64,000 bases of DNA. It comes from Anthoceros angustus (lineage: Eukaryota > Plantae > Anthocerotophyta). A model generated the notes under the pieces. It worked only from the letters and a program-made list of their open reading frames with translations. It was not told where the DNA came from and made no database searches. Of this stretch, positions 1 through 11,981 are shown one piece after another. The stretch lies in NCBI GenBank assembly GCA_010909165.1, contig MU008191.1, forward strand, positions 124,001 through 188,000. Reading direction: 5' to 3'. Position numbers and translations under genes: made by a program. Each line of letters begins with the position of its first letter. Positions within the stretch are counted from its first letter, which is position 1.

Positions 1-1504
1 AGCGAGAGGCATTAGGAATGGTATACGCCGTTAAGAAATTCAGACACTACCTTCTGCCCAATGAGTTCGTGTTTTATGTTGATCACTTCGCGCTCAAGCA
101 CTTGGTGAACAAGGCAGACTTGTCCGGACGGATTGCGAGGTGGATTCTGTTGCTGCAGGAGTTCACATTTGAGGTGGAGACTAGGCAAGGGCGGCAACAC
201 CAAAACGCTGACTTCTTGTCCAAAAAGAGAGCCCCCCAGGATCAAGAGGACGCCTTCGGATGAGGAATTGGTGGCGGCGATAGAGGAGGAAGGAAAGGTA
301 GGACAAACCCTAAGGTGAGAGCGGACCCACAGCGGAGAAGGGGAGGGGCCGGGCGGCCCTCTTATCGAGTTGGAGCAGTACCTATGGGAGATGGAGCTAC
401 CAACTGGGGGTCCAGTGAGCCTTTGTGCACTCGCTCGCCCTTTTGGTTGTATAAGTTGCATCTTTAAGGTGGGGCGGATGGCGTGGAGCGAAGGTACCTC
501 AGCAGTGAGCGGAGGTGGTAATAAAGGGGATGCACGAAGGACTAGGTGGTGGACATTGTCGGTGAGTCACCACCAAGAAAATCTTGGAGGTCTTGGTGGC
601 CCACCATGTATGGGGAAACACACCAATTGTGAAGAAGTGTGATGCTTGTCGGCGGATCGAAGCCGCCACAACACAATGGCCGTTAGTGCCCATACTAGCA
701 CTAGCGCCTTTTGAGAAGTGGGGCATCGACCGTTGGACCTATCGATAGCACCGAGGCACACACAAAGCGGTACATCTTGGTGGCAGACTCGCACGGTGGG
801 TGGGCGGTCGCTACTAGCGGACTCTGCGAGCACGGTGGCCAAATTCCTCTCTGAAAACATCATCACAAGGTATGGGTGTCCGTTGCGGTAGTAGCGATCG
901 GGGAACCCATTTCCTCAATGATGTGATAAGCGCAATGACGGACTATTTCGGCATCACACATCGTAAAACGGCCCCTACAATCCAGGCCAGATTGTGAGAA
1001 GACCAATGGACTTATCTCGCCGATCCTCAATAAGCGGCGGTTAACTATCGTTGGGATACAAAGCGCCATCGGCGCTATGGGCGTTGAGCGAGAGAAGGTA
1101 ACCATAGCGAACTCCGTATTATCGACCTATGGGCACTCACCCGTTATGCGGTCGAGTTTGAGGTGCCAACACTCCGGTCATGATGGAAAGGCGCTTAACG
1201 GATGAAGAGAGCCACTGGAGGCGGTTGCTAGGGTTTTGTCTGACATCGGAGGCCGGGAAGAGGCGCAGCAATGCGATGCAGAATCAAGCATGGCGTGGCA
1301 TGATAGGCGCCTTAGGAATCGGGAGTATGTGAAGGAGGAGATCGGCCCTCCTTTCTGACGGACATATGCACTTCCGGGTAAACTCCACCTCGATGGATGG
1401 GACCTTACCAAGTCGTGGTATACCCCAATGGGTCCGTTCGACGGCGGTTGGATGGTGCTGCCCACTCGGGTGAGCGGTGGCGGGTGAAAAAGTACCACGC
1501 TTAG
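1..1504 (+). pseudogene. Ty3/gypsy (Athila-like) pol 3' part: RNase H and integrase, frameshifted
   Basis: Fragments VYAVKKFRHYLL..VDHFALKHL..GRIARWILLLQEF (RNase H) and PFEKWGID, GTHFLN (integrase). Ends ...RVKKYHA* at 1504, like the Athila VNGxRLKxY terminus. No chromodomain. Confidence 0.92.
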
Positions 1505-1525
1505 TGTTGGGAGGCATGTAGCGGT

Positions 1526-1537
1526 GAGAAGGGAGTA
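1526..1537 (+). promoter_or_regulatory. Polypurine tract (GAGAAGGGAGTA) of gypsy element 1
   Basis: Purine run about 20 nt after the integrase stop and directly before TGTGGAC. Same motif in reverse at 30643-30654. Confidence 0.8.
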
Positions 1538-2140
1538 TGTGGACTACGGACTTCGGGGTTAGAAATTAGGTAGGGTTTTGTTTTTTGAGGGGAGGATAAA
1601 ATGAGGCGAAAAGGGAAATAAGCATGGGTAGCACTCCTGACGACTGAGTATACTCCGACCGAGTGAGGAACGCACTGACCTACTATGGTAGGTGCCACGG
1701 TAACGATAAGTCCGGACCCACTCCAAGACCGTGCAGGGTACGCGGAAAGTAACTTAGAGTTGAGCCGGAGCGGACCAGGCGACGCCACGCGCAACTCGAG
1801 TGGAGGACGGCATGCCGTCAGACAGAATCTGCAGGGTGTATTCACGCCGCGACGCGCGCGAAGGCCGAGTACGCGCGCGGCCGCAGTAAGCGGAGGCGGG
1901 GCGTGCAGCTGCGCGCACCGCGCTACGACATGTGGAAGAGGCGCCCCCGCCTGGGCCGTTACTCCCAAGGCGTGGGAAGGTCATCACGCAGCCTCGAGAC
2001 ACCTCGCGATCTCGCGCCCGCAACCGGCGGTATCTCGTGGACACTCACGCCTCGCGGCTCACCGCTGAGGTCGGAGAAACAACGCGCGAAGAAGGCGAAC
2101 GCGCTGCCAGCCTCCTGGCGCAACCAAGGAGGAGAAGGCG

Positions 2141-4065
2141 ATGGCACCCAAAAGCTCGAAGTTTGGGAGCCATGGAACCTTGTGGAGCGCAACATTGTGA
2201 CCCGCGCTATCCGGACTTTGGGCCTGCCCAGGAAGGTGAGAATTGGTGCAGAGTGGCATTTGGATGTGTTCCATGGTCGACATTTGACTCACCGTCCGGA
2301 GTTCGCCAAGATGCCGGGCGGTCAATAAGGAGGTGCGGTCCAAGAACCTCCGGAGGACCCAAGGCGATGGACCTTGAGGTCCCGAGCGGCCTACAACCGC
2401 CCCAAGGAGGAAGAGGGGAGGTGAGCCCCTCAAGGCGCAAGGGAAGATAGGGCCGCCACAGCAGCCGCTAAGGCTCGACGCAACGACCACCAACGGTATC
2501 GATATCCGACCGCTGGATGTAAGGCGGTGGCCATTGTCCATCGAACCTACTCACCAAGGTGGATCACCTTGGTGATAATCTGTATATTCGCACGCAGCTG
2601 GGGAAGAGGCGGACGGAAGGATTATCTTCGCTTAGCCGTGAGGCTCGCAAGCTCAGACCGAAGAAGCCTCGCCATTCTCCCCCCATACCGATCCATGGGG
2701 GCATTTCGAGCTCCTCAAGGAAGGAGAGCTTGAGCGAGCCGCCCGAAAGGACCGAGGCCCCGCCGGAAGTGAGGGAGAGGCCGGCCGAAAGCCAAACGGA
2801 CTCGGAGGAGGTCTGGTCCATCCGCAGGACGGACCAAATTCCTTCAGGAGGAGGCAGTGAGCGAGCCAAGGAGGCCCAAGCGGGCGGAGGACCTCTGCAG
2901 GCGAGGCGTGGCGCAGCAGGGCGGGCGCAAGCAGGAGCAGGCGGGATCTGGCGGCGGCCTGGACGAGCCAAGGCAGAGGCTCGGTGAAGGTGGCCAAGGA
3001 GGCGGAGGCCACGAGGCCGATCGCGATCACTATCATCGGCCGGTGGAGGAGGCGGCCGAGAGAGCCACGGCCAATCGAAGGCCGAGCGGGTGAGCAAGCA
3101 CGGACAAGCAGGCGGCTCTGGAGGCCGGAAATCGGGACCTCGGTATGCAGAGGTAGAAGGGAGGCGGCGAGTTGGAGGCAGGGACACCTTGGGTTACAAC
3201 TCCAAGATGCGTCGGGCGGCAAGGAATTCTCAATGGGAGAATCCGGGACTTGACGAGATAGGCGCCTCGGCTCTGCACGAAGATGGAGGCGGTGGCGGAG
3301 CAAGCGCGGACCAACGGCCAAGAAGTTCGCCACAAGGTGGAGGATCTCGGACTCGGCTCGGGAGGTGGGCAGCGGGAGATGGAGGACCGCAAGGAGACTT
3401 TGGGCTGCTCAAACTATCATTGAGAGGAATGGTAGTCAGGACATGGTGAGCAAGCCGAAATAAGCTCCGGCTCAGGCGGGGAGTCGATGGCGATGGAGCA
3501 GGAGGCGGGGCGTCGCCGAGATGGAAGAACTGGGTGAAGCCCGCGATCGCGTGTTGCGGCCGTCGGGCGGAGATGGCGGAGTTAACGGAATGGACAAGGC
3601 GAGGCGGCGAGCGGACAAGCTGCGTCCGGTGAAGTCGGAAGGGAGCGCTCGTTATGGCGGGCAAGGTGGCGTGAGCGGAAGCGGAGAGTTGGAGCAAGTG
3701 GTGACATGCGGGAGGTGGCCAAGGAGGCACCACAGCACCTCGCGGCGGCTCCGGCTATCAACTGGCGGGGAGGTGGAGCAACAAGCGGGGACCGCTCGCT
3801 CCGGAGCACCTATGGCGAAGGAGTATCGGTGCTCGGGCACGTGGAAGAGGCAATCCGGCAAGTGGATTCGGACTTTGCCTATTACCGAGCTCCGAAGGCG
3901 GTAGAGGCCTCTCGGCGCCAGCCAGCGGCCTGGAAGGCTCGGAGGGAAGGGCAGGAGGCGGCCAGGGGACCCTAGGGGCCTGTTTGGAGGCAACAGCGAA
4001 AGAGCCCAGAGGAGGCGGGGCAGGACCCCAAGGTAAGTTCACCACCACCCGATCCGGAGGGGTGA
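2141..4065 (+). pseudogene. LTR-encoded ORF (conserved N-terminal domain plus coiled coil), frameshifted; 3' end approximate
   Basis: MAPK..EVWEPWNLVERNIVT..EWHLDVF..AIVHRT..VDHLGDNL, then E/R/A-rich coiled-coil segments. Homologous in all LTR copies. Confidence 0.7.
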
Positions 4066-4244
4066 GGGGCTGAGGTGCAAAGAGCCAACCCGGACCAAGA
4101 CAAGGGGGGTAAGGAGGAGGACCTAGCGATCGAGGTCCACGGAGGTCGGAGTTTGGAGATCGGACCCCGTGTCACGGACCAGGTCCGAACCCAGGCAGGA
4201 CCCAGTAGGTCGGACTCGAAACGGACCCTTGGGTTCGACTCGGG

Positions 4245-5326
4245 TCGAGGCCGTATATATGATTTTGCAATCTCGCCCGCAAAAGAACTGTTATTATAAG
4301 GTTGTGAAACTCTTGGAGGAAGGGTTGTAATATCCTTCGGGCTGCGGGATATTATGATCTCGGGTAGGGCCCTTCGAGGCCCTCCAAATTATATAGAATG
4401 TAAATATTCAAAATACTGCAAACATATTTGCCTTCAAAGACTGTGCTAGTCCTCCTGAGTAATTCACCCTAGTTGTTTGGGGTTCTGTAGGGACTGCTCA
4501 GGCACATACAAAAAAAACACCGTACGAAAACAGAAAGGGTTGAACCATCATCTTCCACCTGATGGACATGCTTTCATCCAGGAACAGTGGTACTGGACGT
4601 ATCCAGGTCCAAACATCAACATAATCATATCTCGACAAGGGTGCACCTGCAAGTCATAGCATATTCGATTTCTTCTCTGCAACAGATGTATCTCTTTGAA
4701 GGAAATTCACAAAGAAATCCTCATTCTGAAAGGTCTTTGACACGTCTAGACGAGCACAGAAGGGGAAAGGGTCCGAGATATCTCAATAGGCCCTCAGGAG
4801 CAACAAAAGGGAACGAGGATATCTTGCTTGTGTTTCCGAAACCACAATGACGGTTTCGTAACTCTGTGCAATGTCCACCAGGCCAAACCAACGAGTCTGT
4901 TACCAGCCGTAAGCACAACAATGACACCGCCAGGATTAAGAATTCCTGCCCTCAGCAGCCATACGAGCCACTGAATTCGCGAGAAAAGCTTGACCTGTGA
5001 TCAGCAAGACCCAAACCAAAGACGTCCATCTGTAGCAACGAGCAAAAGTATAAGAGGCTCTTGTTGATCATGCACACAGTTGCTGATGTAACTACTGGTC
5101 CATGCTGTAGTCTCTTTCTCTAAGGACGTTCCTTAAAGATTGCTGCCGAAAGGTAATGGGCTCCTTTGGGTATTGCCATGGCCACAGCTTAACAACGTTG
5201 CAAATCAGCAGGCACACTATCAGACTAAAGTTAAGGTAAGAGGATATGAGACCATAGGTTAAGGTGAGAGGTATATGAGACCATAGGTTAAAGTGAGGGG
5301 GATCTTGCAGATGGATGGAGGATGGC
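4245..5326. repeat. Copy 1 of a ~1.09 kb direct duplication (copy 2 at 7698-8792)
   Basis: Near-identical from TCGAGGCCGTATATATG to GATGGAGGATGGC. Differences are mostly short indels, many in homopolymers. Confidence 0.95.
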
Positions 5327-6639
5327 GTTGGAGTGGCGGTCGTCGGACGCCGCCCGGTAAAACTGACGATTCGGGGAAAGGAGGGTCCGCCTCGCGGATC
5401 ATCCGATTAGGTCGCATTGTCGGGCGGGATTGGACCACCAATCCCAAGGCGGAACCGGACCTTCCAGACCGTGAAGGAGATAGGAGGAGGAAATAGGATG
5501 GTAGGCGGCGATTAGGGCATCTTGGTGGCCGTCGGCTCGGAATAGGGGTGTAATAAAGGCGCCCGGCGTAGTAGTAAAGCTGCCACAGATAAATCATCTT
5601 TCTCTTGGTGTTGATGCGCGTTCTTGCGGACCTTGTGTCTTCTTGACGTGAGTCTGAGTCATGGCGAGCACGGCGGCGGAGGATCGATCGGTCACAGTGG
5701 CCGGACCTAACGTGTTGTGGTGTGTGCGGGGTGGTGATTGGGGACCCGTGCTGCGTCGAGCGCGACCCGGTGAGCGGACGAGCGTGTGGCCGGAGGACTT
5801 GGGAGGCGTCTGGCGCCGGACGGAGGCAGTGGAGCAGCGGAGGAGGTCGGGCATGTAACCAGCGTCTTCCTTAAGGCCGATAAGTGTAGTGTGAGAGAGG
5901 TGGGCCGAGAGGTGTGAGGCGAGCGAGGCAGGCAGGCCTTGACAGGTCATAAGCGTTTGGCCATACCGGCTGCGCGGGTGTTGCAGTAGCTAGGCGTGAA
6001 CTAAGGGTGTGTGCGTTGGGGGCGGGGTGGGCGTAAAGTAAGGCGAAACGCTGAAGCCAAAGTCATGTCATTGAGACGAACTCCTTCCTACAACGACACG
6101 GATTGTGGCCGGTGGCCGTCGGCAAAAAGTCGCGCCACATATCCGACATCGAATGAAAGCACATATCCATCTTCAATCTCAATAGCCTCTCCGGTCTTCC
6201 GAGAATCTCCACCTACGGCGCCTCAATTGAATTCATCTAGTCAGAGCTTGCCATACCGGTTCGTGAGAGAATGACGCCTCAAGATGGGAGCTTGGAGAAG
6301 TTTGCTAGGGGCGGGGAATATATCCGATCTATGCAATATGACGAGCAACTTGAAGCAGGATGGCGAAGTCAAGTATCGGACTAAGAGTTGGACCCACTAT
6401 ATAATATATATATAGAGACTTTATGAAAAGAACGATATGGGAAATCCATCTACCCCGAGGCGAAAGGGAACAACCCACGACGGGGCACCAGGGGGTGTGC
6501 CCCTACACTAATCTACCCTATAACCCCCAACCGCCCCAAGATGTCGCTGTCCAAGATAGGGAAGGGCCTACTTACCATTGGTGCCGCCGATGCCCCATCT
6601 CCAGGACACGTGATCGACCTAAAGATGGCGCTGGCTAAC

Positions 6640-7215
6640 ACCACCCTTTGCAGGGCGATGGAAACCCATTGCCCCGAAATATGCCACGACCTTGGAAGGA
6701 AGGCCAACCCCTCTCTCGTTGTAGGCCCTGCGCACTCCTGATGAATCGACAAAAAGCACTCAAGGCCCCATGGGTTTCAATGGCAAAGGTATGAATGTGA
6801 CCTTTGCACGCAGACGTAAATTTTCTTAGTTGCGCTCCCTTCCACCGCCCAACCTGGAGGGTTGATGATGACATGGTTGCTAACAAAATCTTTGGCCTGG
6901 TTGACAACCATCGTCTGAATCGAAACCCTCCCTCAAGTAAAGTCGGCTCTGATAGAGACGCCATTGAACAGAGTATACTGCTGCTCCTTAAAAGGGAAGA
7001 AACCGCTCTCCTTGGCCATCGAGAACATGACGTCTCGGATGGCGTCGTGTGTAGCAATACGTTGTCCACCCATTGGACAATGCACTAAGTGGGTCCGGGG
7101 TTGTCGATGAGGTGAAGAAGAAGCCGAACAAAACACTCTAGTGGACGGACTCAAAGTAAACCTCATCGCGGTAGAAAAAGAAGTCAAAGCGACCAACGCG
7201 TTTGGATGCAAGGCG
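6640..7215 (-). mobile_element. 3' fragment of an RLE-type non-LTR retrotransposon (CRE-like): zinc knuckle and restriction-like endonuclease
   Basis: HLVHCPMGGQRIATHDAIRD (CCHC and RHD-like motif), RADF (PD motif) and FAIETHGAL. TA-rich tail near 6398-6414. Confidence 0.75.
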
Positions 7216-7697
7216 GGCGGTCAAGAAGTTGCACCCTTCCCTGAACAAAGAGTGATATGTAAGATGAGAACTAGGAGGAGAAACAATCCATATGGAAAAG
7301 AAGGTGTGCTTCTTAGATAAAGGATTTCCAATTCTTTATTAGATTTTTAGAGAGAACTCATGTACTAGTGGAAGATGTTTAAGGCATAGTCCAGAATATA
7401 ATTAGATTTTAATTAAGATTACATCTTTTTTTACCAGAAAATACTCACTTCATGTTCTTATACTTCCCCCTTCCAATCCCGCAATCATATGTCCTCCCTT
7501 GTCCTCCCTTATCCTCTCTCTTCTCCCTTTAGGACCGCATTAGCCAGTCCATTCATTAGAACCCCGTGGTTAGGTAACGCTCTGGTCGAATCACAACTAC
7601 GATGGGGTATCTCCCTCCTTCAATTACTCTGGCCCTTGGTGGCCTGTTTGTCAGGAGTGGCCCTTGGTGGCATGTGGCCTGTCTGGTCTAGAGTCCT

Positions 7698-8792
7698 TCG
7701 AGGCCGTATATATGATTTTTGCAATCTCGCCCGCAAAAAGAACTGTTATTATAAGGTTGTGAAACTCTTGGAGGAAGGGTTGTAATATCCTTCGGGCTGC
7801 GGGATATTATGATCTCGGGTAGGGCCCTTCGAGGCCCTCAAATTATATAGAATGTAAATATTCAAAATACTGCAAACATATTTGCCTTCGCAAAAGACTG
7901 TGCTAGTCCTCCTGAGTAATTCACCTAGTTGTTTGGGGTTCTGTAGGGTACACTGCTCAGGCACATACAAAAAAACACCGTACGAAAACAGAAAGGGTTG
8001 AACCATCATCTTCCACCTGATGGACATGCTTTCATCCAGGAACAGTGGTACTGGACGTATCCAGGTCAAACATCAACATAATCATATCTCGACAAGGGTG
8101 CCTGCAAGTCATAGCATATTCGATTTCTTCTCTGCAACAGATGTATCTCTTTGAAGGAAATTCACAAAGAAATCCTCATTCTGAAAGGTCTTTGACACGT
8201 CTAGACGAGCACAGAAGGGGGAAAGGGTCCGAGATATCTCAATAGGCCCTCAGGAGCAACAAAAGGGAACGAGGGATATCTTGCTTGTGTTTCCGAAACC
8301 ACAATGACGGTTTCGTAACTCTGTGCAATGTCCACCAGGGCCAAACCAACGAGTCTGTTACCAGCCGTAAGCACAACAATGACACCGCCAGGATTAAGAA
8401 TTCCCTGCCCCTCAGCAGCCTCCCCATACGAGCCACTGAATTCGCGAGAAAAGCTTGACCTGTGATCAGCAAGACCCAAACCAAAGACGTCCATCTGTAG
8501 CAACGAGCAAAAGTATAAGAGGCTCTTGTTGATCATGCACACAGTTGCTGATGTAACTACTGGTCCATGCTGTAGTCTCTTTCTCTAAGGACGTTCCTTA
8601 AAGATTGCTGCCGAAAGGTAATGGGCTCCTTTGGGTATTGCCATGGCCACAGCTTAACAACGTTGCAAATCAGCAGGCACACTATCAGACTAAAGTTAAG
8701 GTAAGAGGGATATGAGACCATAGGTTAAGGTGAGAGGTATATGAGACCATAGGTTAAAGTGAGGGGGATCTTGCAGATGGATGGAGGATGGC
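7698..8792. repeat. Copy 2 of the ~1.09 kb direct duplication
   Basis: Matches 4245-5326. Confidence 0.95.
8285..8425 (-). pseudogene. Cysteine synthase (PLP fold II) fragment, degenerate; second copy near 4825-4965
   Basis: EAAEGQGILNPGGVIVVLTAGNRLVGLALVDIAQSYETVIVVSETQ resembles the cysteine synthase segment AE..G.LKPGG.IVEGTAGNTGIGLAL....GY.TVIV.PETQ. Confidence 0.7.
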
Positions 8793-10073
8793 ATAGTGCA
8801 TCTGTTATCTGCGGTTCTGTAACCTGAGGGCAGTGCATTTGCGGAGTAGCCACGTTATCACATCCTGCGGTACTTGAAAAAACACAGTACCAGTAGAAAG
8901 ACTGGCCAGCATGGTAGAACCTTTCGGAGCAGCTGTTTACAGTTATCCCCAGTGGTGTGCTCGTGTTTTCGGGCCCTGTCCCTGCAAGCAACGAGCTGGA
9001 CGCATGATGTAACTACGTGTGAGCTCGAAACATCCTTCCAAACGATGAGGACCAAGCATGGCCATTGATGTTTGATGGCTTGAAGCAAAGAAGGGCTTAA
9101 ATTGAATGCATCTCTCAGGTGGTATGAACGTCGGGATAGTCTCTTTCTCCTGTGTCACGATGCAGTTCGCAGTGGCACCAGATAAGAGACTTCGTGTGTG
9201 CTACTGTGAGCTCCTGTCAACAAACTGTTGCCCAACCACTCTGACAGGAGCAATCAAGCTGGAGTTGGGTCGAAGCCACACAACGGTGACAATTCTGTGT
9301 GACGTGGGGAACCAGATACCAGAGCACGCTTTAGAATGTGGAAGCCAAGGGGCTGCCACATCCTACGTGGTTATAGATCCAGCCTATGAAGAGGTAACGT
9401 CTCCGCAGTGTTCGAGGAGGTGAAGGCTTAAATTTGCTTTTTCTGTAGACATTCATCAATTGTATGGGACACCCTGTCGCAAGCGCTCGCTTCCCGTTCT
9501 CGGCGAAGAGGCGTGATTTGTCTCATCCCAGGGTGACCTCAGGCGGAGACACAAGCAGGGGCACATTGGACAAATCCTTTAAATAAAGCCGGAAACTCAC
9601 GAACAACATGTTAGCTGCAGTGAGGGTGACGCAAGGTGCATGATGTATGCGTCTGCGCCATCAAAATGCTCCGCTTTTGGAGAAAACTTTCAGGTGGACA
9701 AGCCAAGCGGATGGTGATCTCACTTGCATCATTCAAAGAATCGTACATAAGGAAAGACTACCTACATAGATACATACAGGAAGCTGCGATGTGGCCAAAA
9801 ATCCGGTAGAGTGTAAGGTATTTACATATGTGTACAATCCGCAGTTGGAAATCTGCCTCAACAGTCCCGCACTCGCCCTCGTTCTGGCAATTCTGCTATG
9901 CTTCAAGAGTTCCCTCATCCAACCTTGGTTGGCGACCTGTGGTCAGGTGCCCTTGTGGCCATTCCTGGTGAGCTTGTCGTCATTCCTGGTGGTGACTTTG
10001 TGGCCATTCCGAACACCGCCTGGTGAATCACCGCCTGGTTGATCATCACTCCCTGAGATGACCATTTGCGCAG

Positions 10074-10096
10074 ACACACACACACACACACACACA
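10074..10096. repeat. (CA)n microsatellite
   Basis: Direct reading. Confidence 0.9.
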
Positions 10097-10158
10097 TGCA
10101 CAAAGCTAGGTTAGCCAACGTTGAGGTGAAGAATTGTGCAAGATGCTTGCAACAAGAG

Positions 10159-11981
10159 TCACCGGGAGGGGCAGCTTGCCATGGCATGGTTGTTCGGCGC
10201 ATGATGCTGGTGCTGGTGCTCCGCGATTTGTCTCTGCATCTCCACATCGCGGGAATCCACGGTCCTGCAAAGGTTCGCAATTTCAATTTCACCGTGAGGA
10301 ACAAGAAACACAAGAACGAAATCGGGGGGACTCGACTCGACTCCAGCCGAGTGGTTTGTACATACCATGGGCCTCGGACGGACGGGTCGTCGAACTTGCT
10401 CCGGACGCTTTCGTCGTACTTGCTGCGGACGCTGTCGTCGTAGCGGTCGCCGTCCTCCCAGAGCGCGTAGGCCTCCTCGCCGTGGGCGGCGTCGTCGCCG
10501 ACCGCGAGCTGCTCGTCGCTCATGCGCAGCGGCACAACCATGCGGATGACCAGCAAGATGATGCTGGTGATCACCATATTCCAGCCCGCCACGAACAGGG
10601 CGCCCGCCAGCTGCTTCAGCACCTGCGGCCCGCGGTTCTGGTGAACCGCCTTCTTGCACCCGAAGATGAGGCACATGTCTTGCGTCGCGAACAGACCTGC
10701 AGCATGGATGACATTCAATTCAATTCCATGCAACTCGATTCAATACGAGAGTGGCGTTGCGCGCGGAAGAACTCACACACACTGCAATGGAATGCGCACC
10801 TGTGAGGAGGCCGCCGACGACCCCGGCGACGGCGTGGGTATGGAAGACGCCGAGGGTGTCGTCGATCTGGGCCAGGAAGCGGATCTGCCGGTGCAGCTTC
10901 ATCATGGTGAACCAGGGCACGGTGCCGGCGGCGATGCCGTACACCATGGCGACCCAGCCGTGCACCAGGCCGGCGCCGGGCGTGATGCACACCAGGCCCG
11001 CGAACATGCCCTGCACGGCCCCGATCACGCTGGGCTTGCGGAAGTAGAAGATGTCGAGCGCCGTCCAGCTGAGCAGCGCCGTGGCCGCGGACAGGTTGGT
11101 GTTGAGGATGGCCAGCGACGCGTCCTGCCCGCCGCGTACGGCGCCCCGCCGTTGAATCCGTTCCATCCAACCACAGTATTCCCGCCCGCACAGCATGAGC
11201 AGCACGTTGTTGGGCGGGAACCGCTCCTGTCCTGCGGCAGCCTCGGCCCTACCTGTTGTTGTTGCCACAGCAATGACACACCTGAGTTCTTGAGCGCGAG
11301 GATACTTCATGGAACGATTTTGCAAGAAGAGAAGAAGCATATGAACAAGAAGAAGAAGAAGGAGGAGGAAGGGGAGGTTGTGGGTGGTGGTGACAGACCC
11401 AGTATGCGGCAACGAGGCCCGCGACGCCGGAGGAGACGTGGATGACATAGCCGCCGGAGAAGTCGATGACGCCGAACTGGAAGAGGAAGCCGCCGCCCCA
11501 CAGGCTGAAGGCGCCCACGGTGTAGGAGAAGAGGAGCCAGAGGGCACGAACATCATCAGGCCCAGAAATTCATGCGCCCCAGGATGGAGCCGGCGATGAG
11601 GATGACGGTGAGCGCGGCGAAGGCGAACTGGTAGTAGATGAGTGTGGACATGGGAAGAAGAGCAGCTGCGGCTGGTTGTGGTACGCCGCCCGCTGGGTGA
11701 GGAAGCTGGGCCCCAGAATGGTGTTCGGCCAGCCCCATATGGGCAGCATCTGCTCCCCGAACGACATCCGGAAGCCCACCAGCGCCCCAGCACACCAGCA
11801 CCGCCGCGAACGCGTACAGCGCCATGAAGGCCGAGTTCACCGCCCACTTCTTCTTCACGATGCTCCCGTACAGGATCACCAGACCCGGCACCGACTGCAG
11901 CCCCACCAGCGTCCCCGCCAGCATCTGCCACGCATTGTCCCCCTTCACCAGCCATTCCGGCTCCAACGCCACCGTCGTCAT
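10159..11981 (-). CDS. AMT2: Ammonium transporter, AMT2/MEP family; about 4 exons, with several frameshifts
   Basis: [110 protein letters not shown] introns near 11252-11397, 10697-10799 and 10235-10365. Confidence 0.93.

Larger units (their letters stand above)
1538..6139 (+). mobile_element. Giant 3' LTR of gypsy element 1 (TGTGG...CCACA), interrupted at 4245-5326; distal part from a diverged subfamily
   Basis: Starts TGTGGAC after the PPT and ends AAAGTCGCGCCACA, the same end that precedes the PBS at 36025 (reverse). Similar to the reverse complement of 26232-30642. Confidence 0.8.

Noticed and set aside
8793-9500. Cys-rich frames suggestive of a SWIM or transposase fragment
   Set aside because: No motif could be established with confidence.
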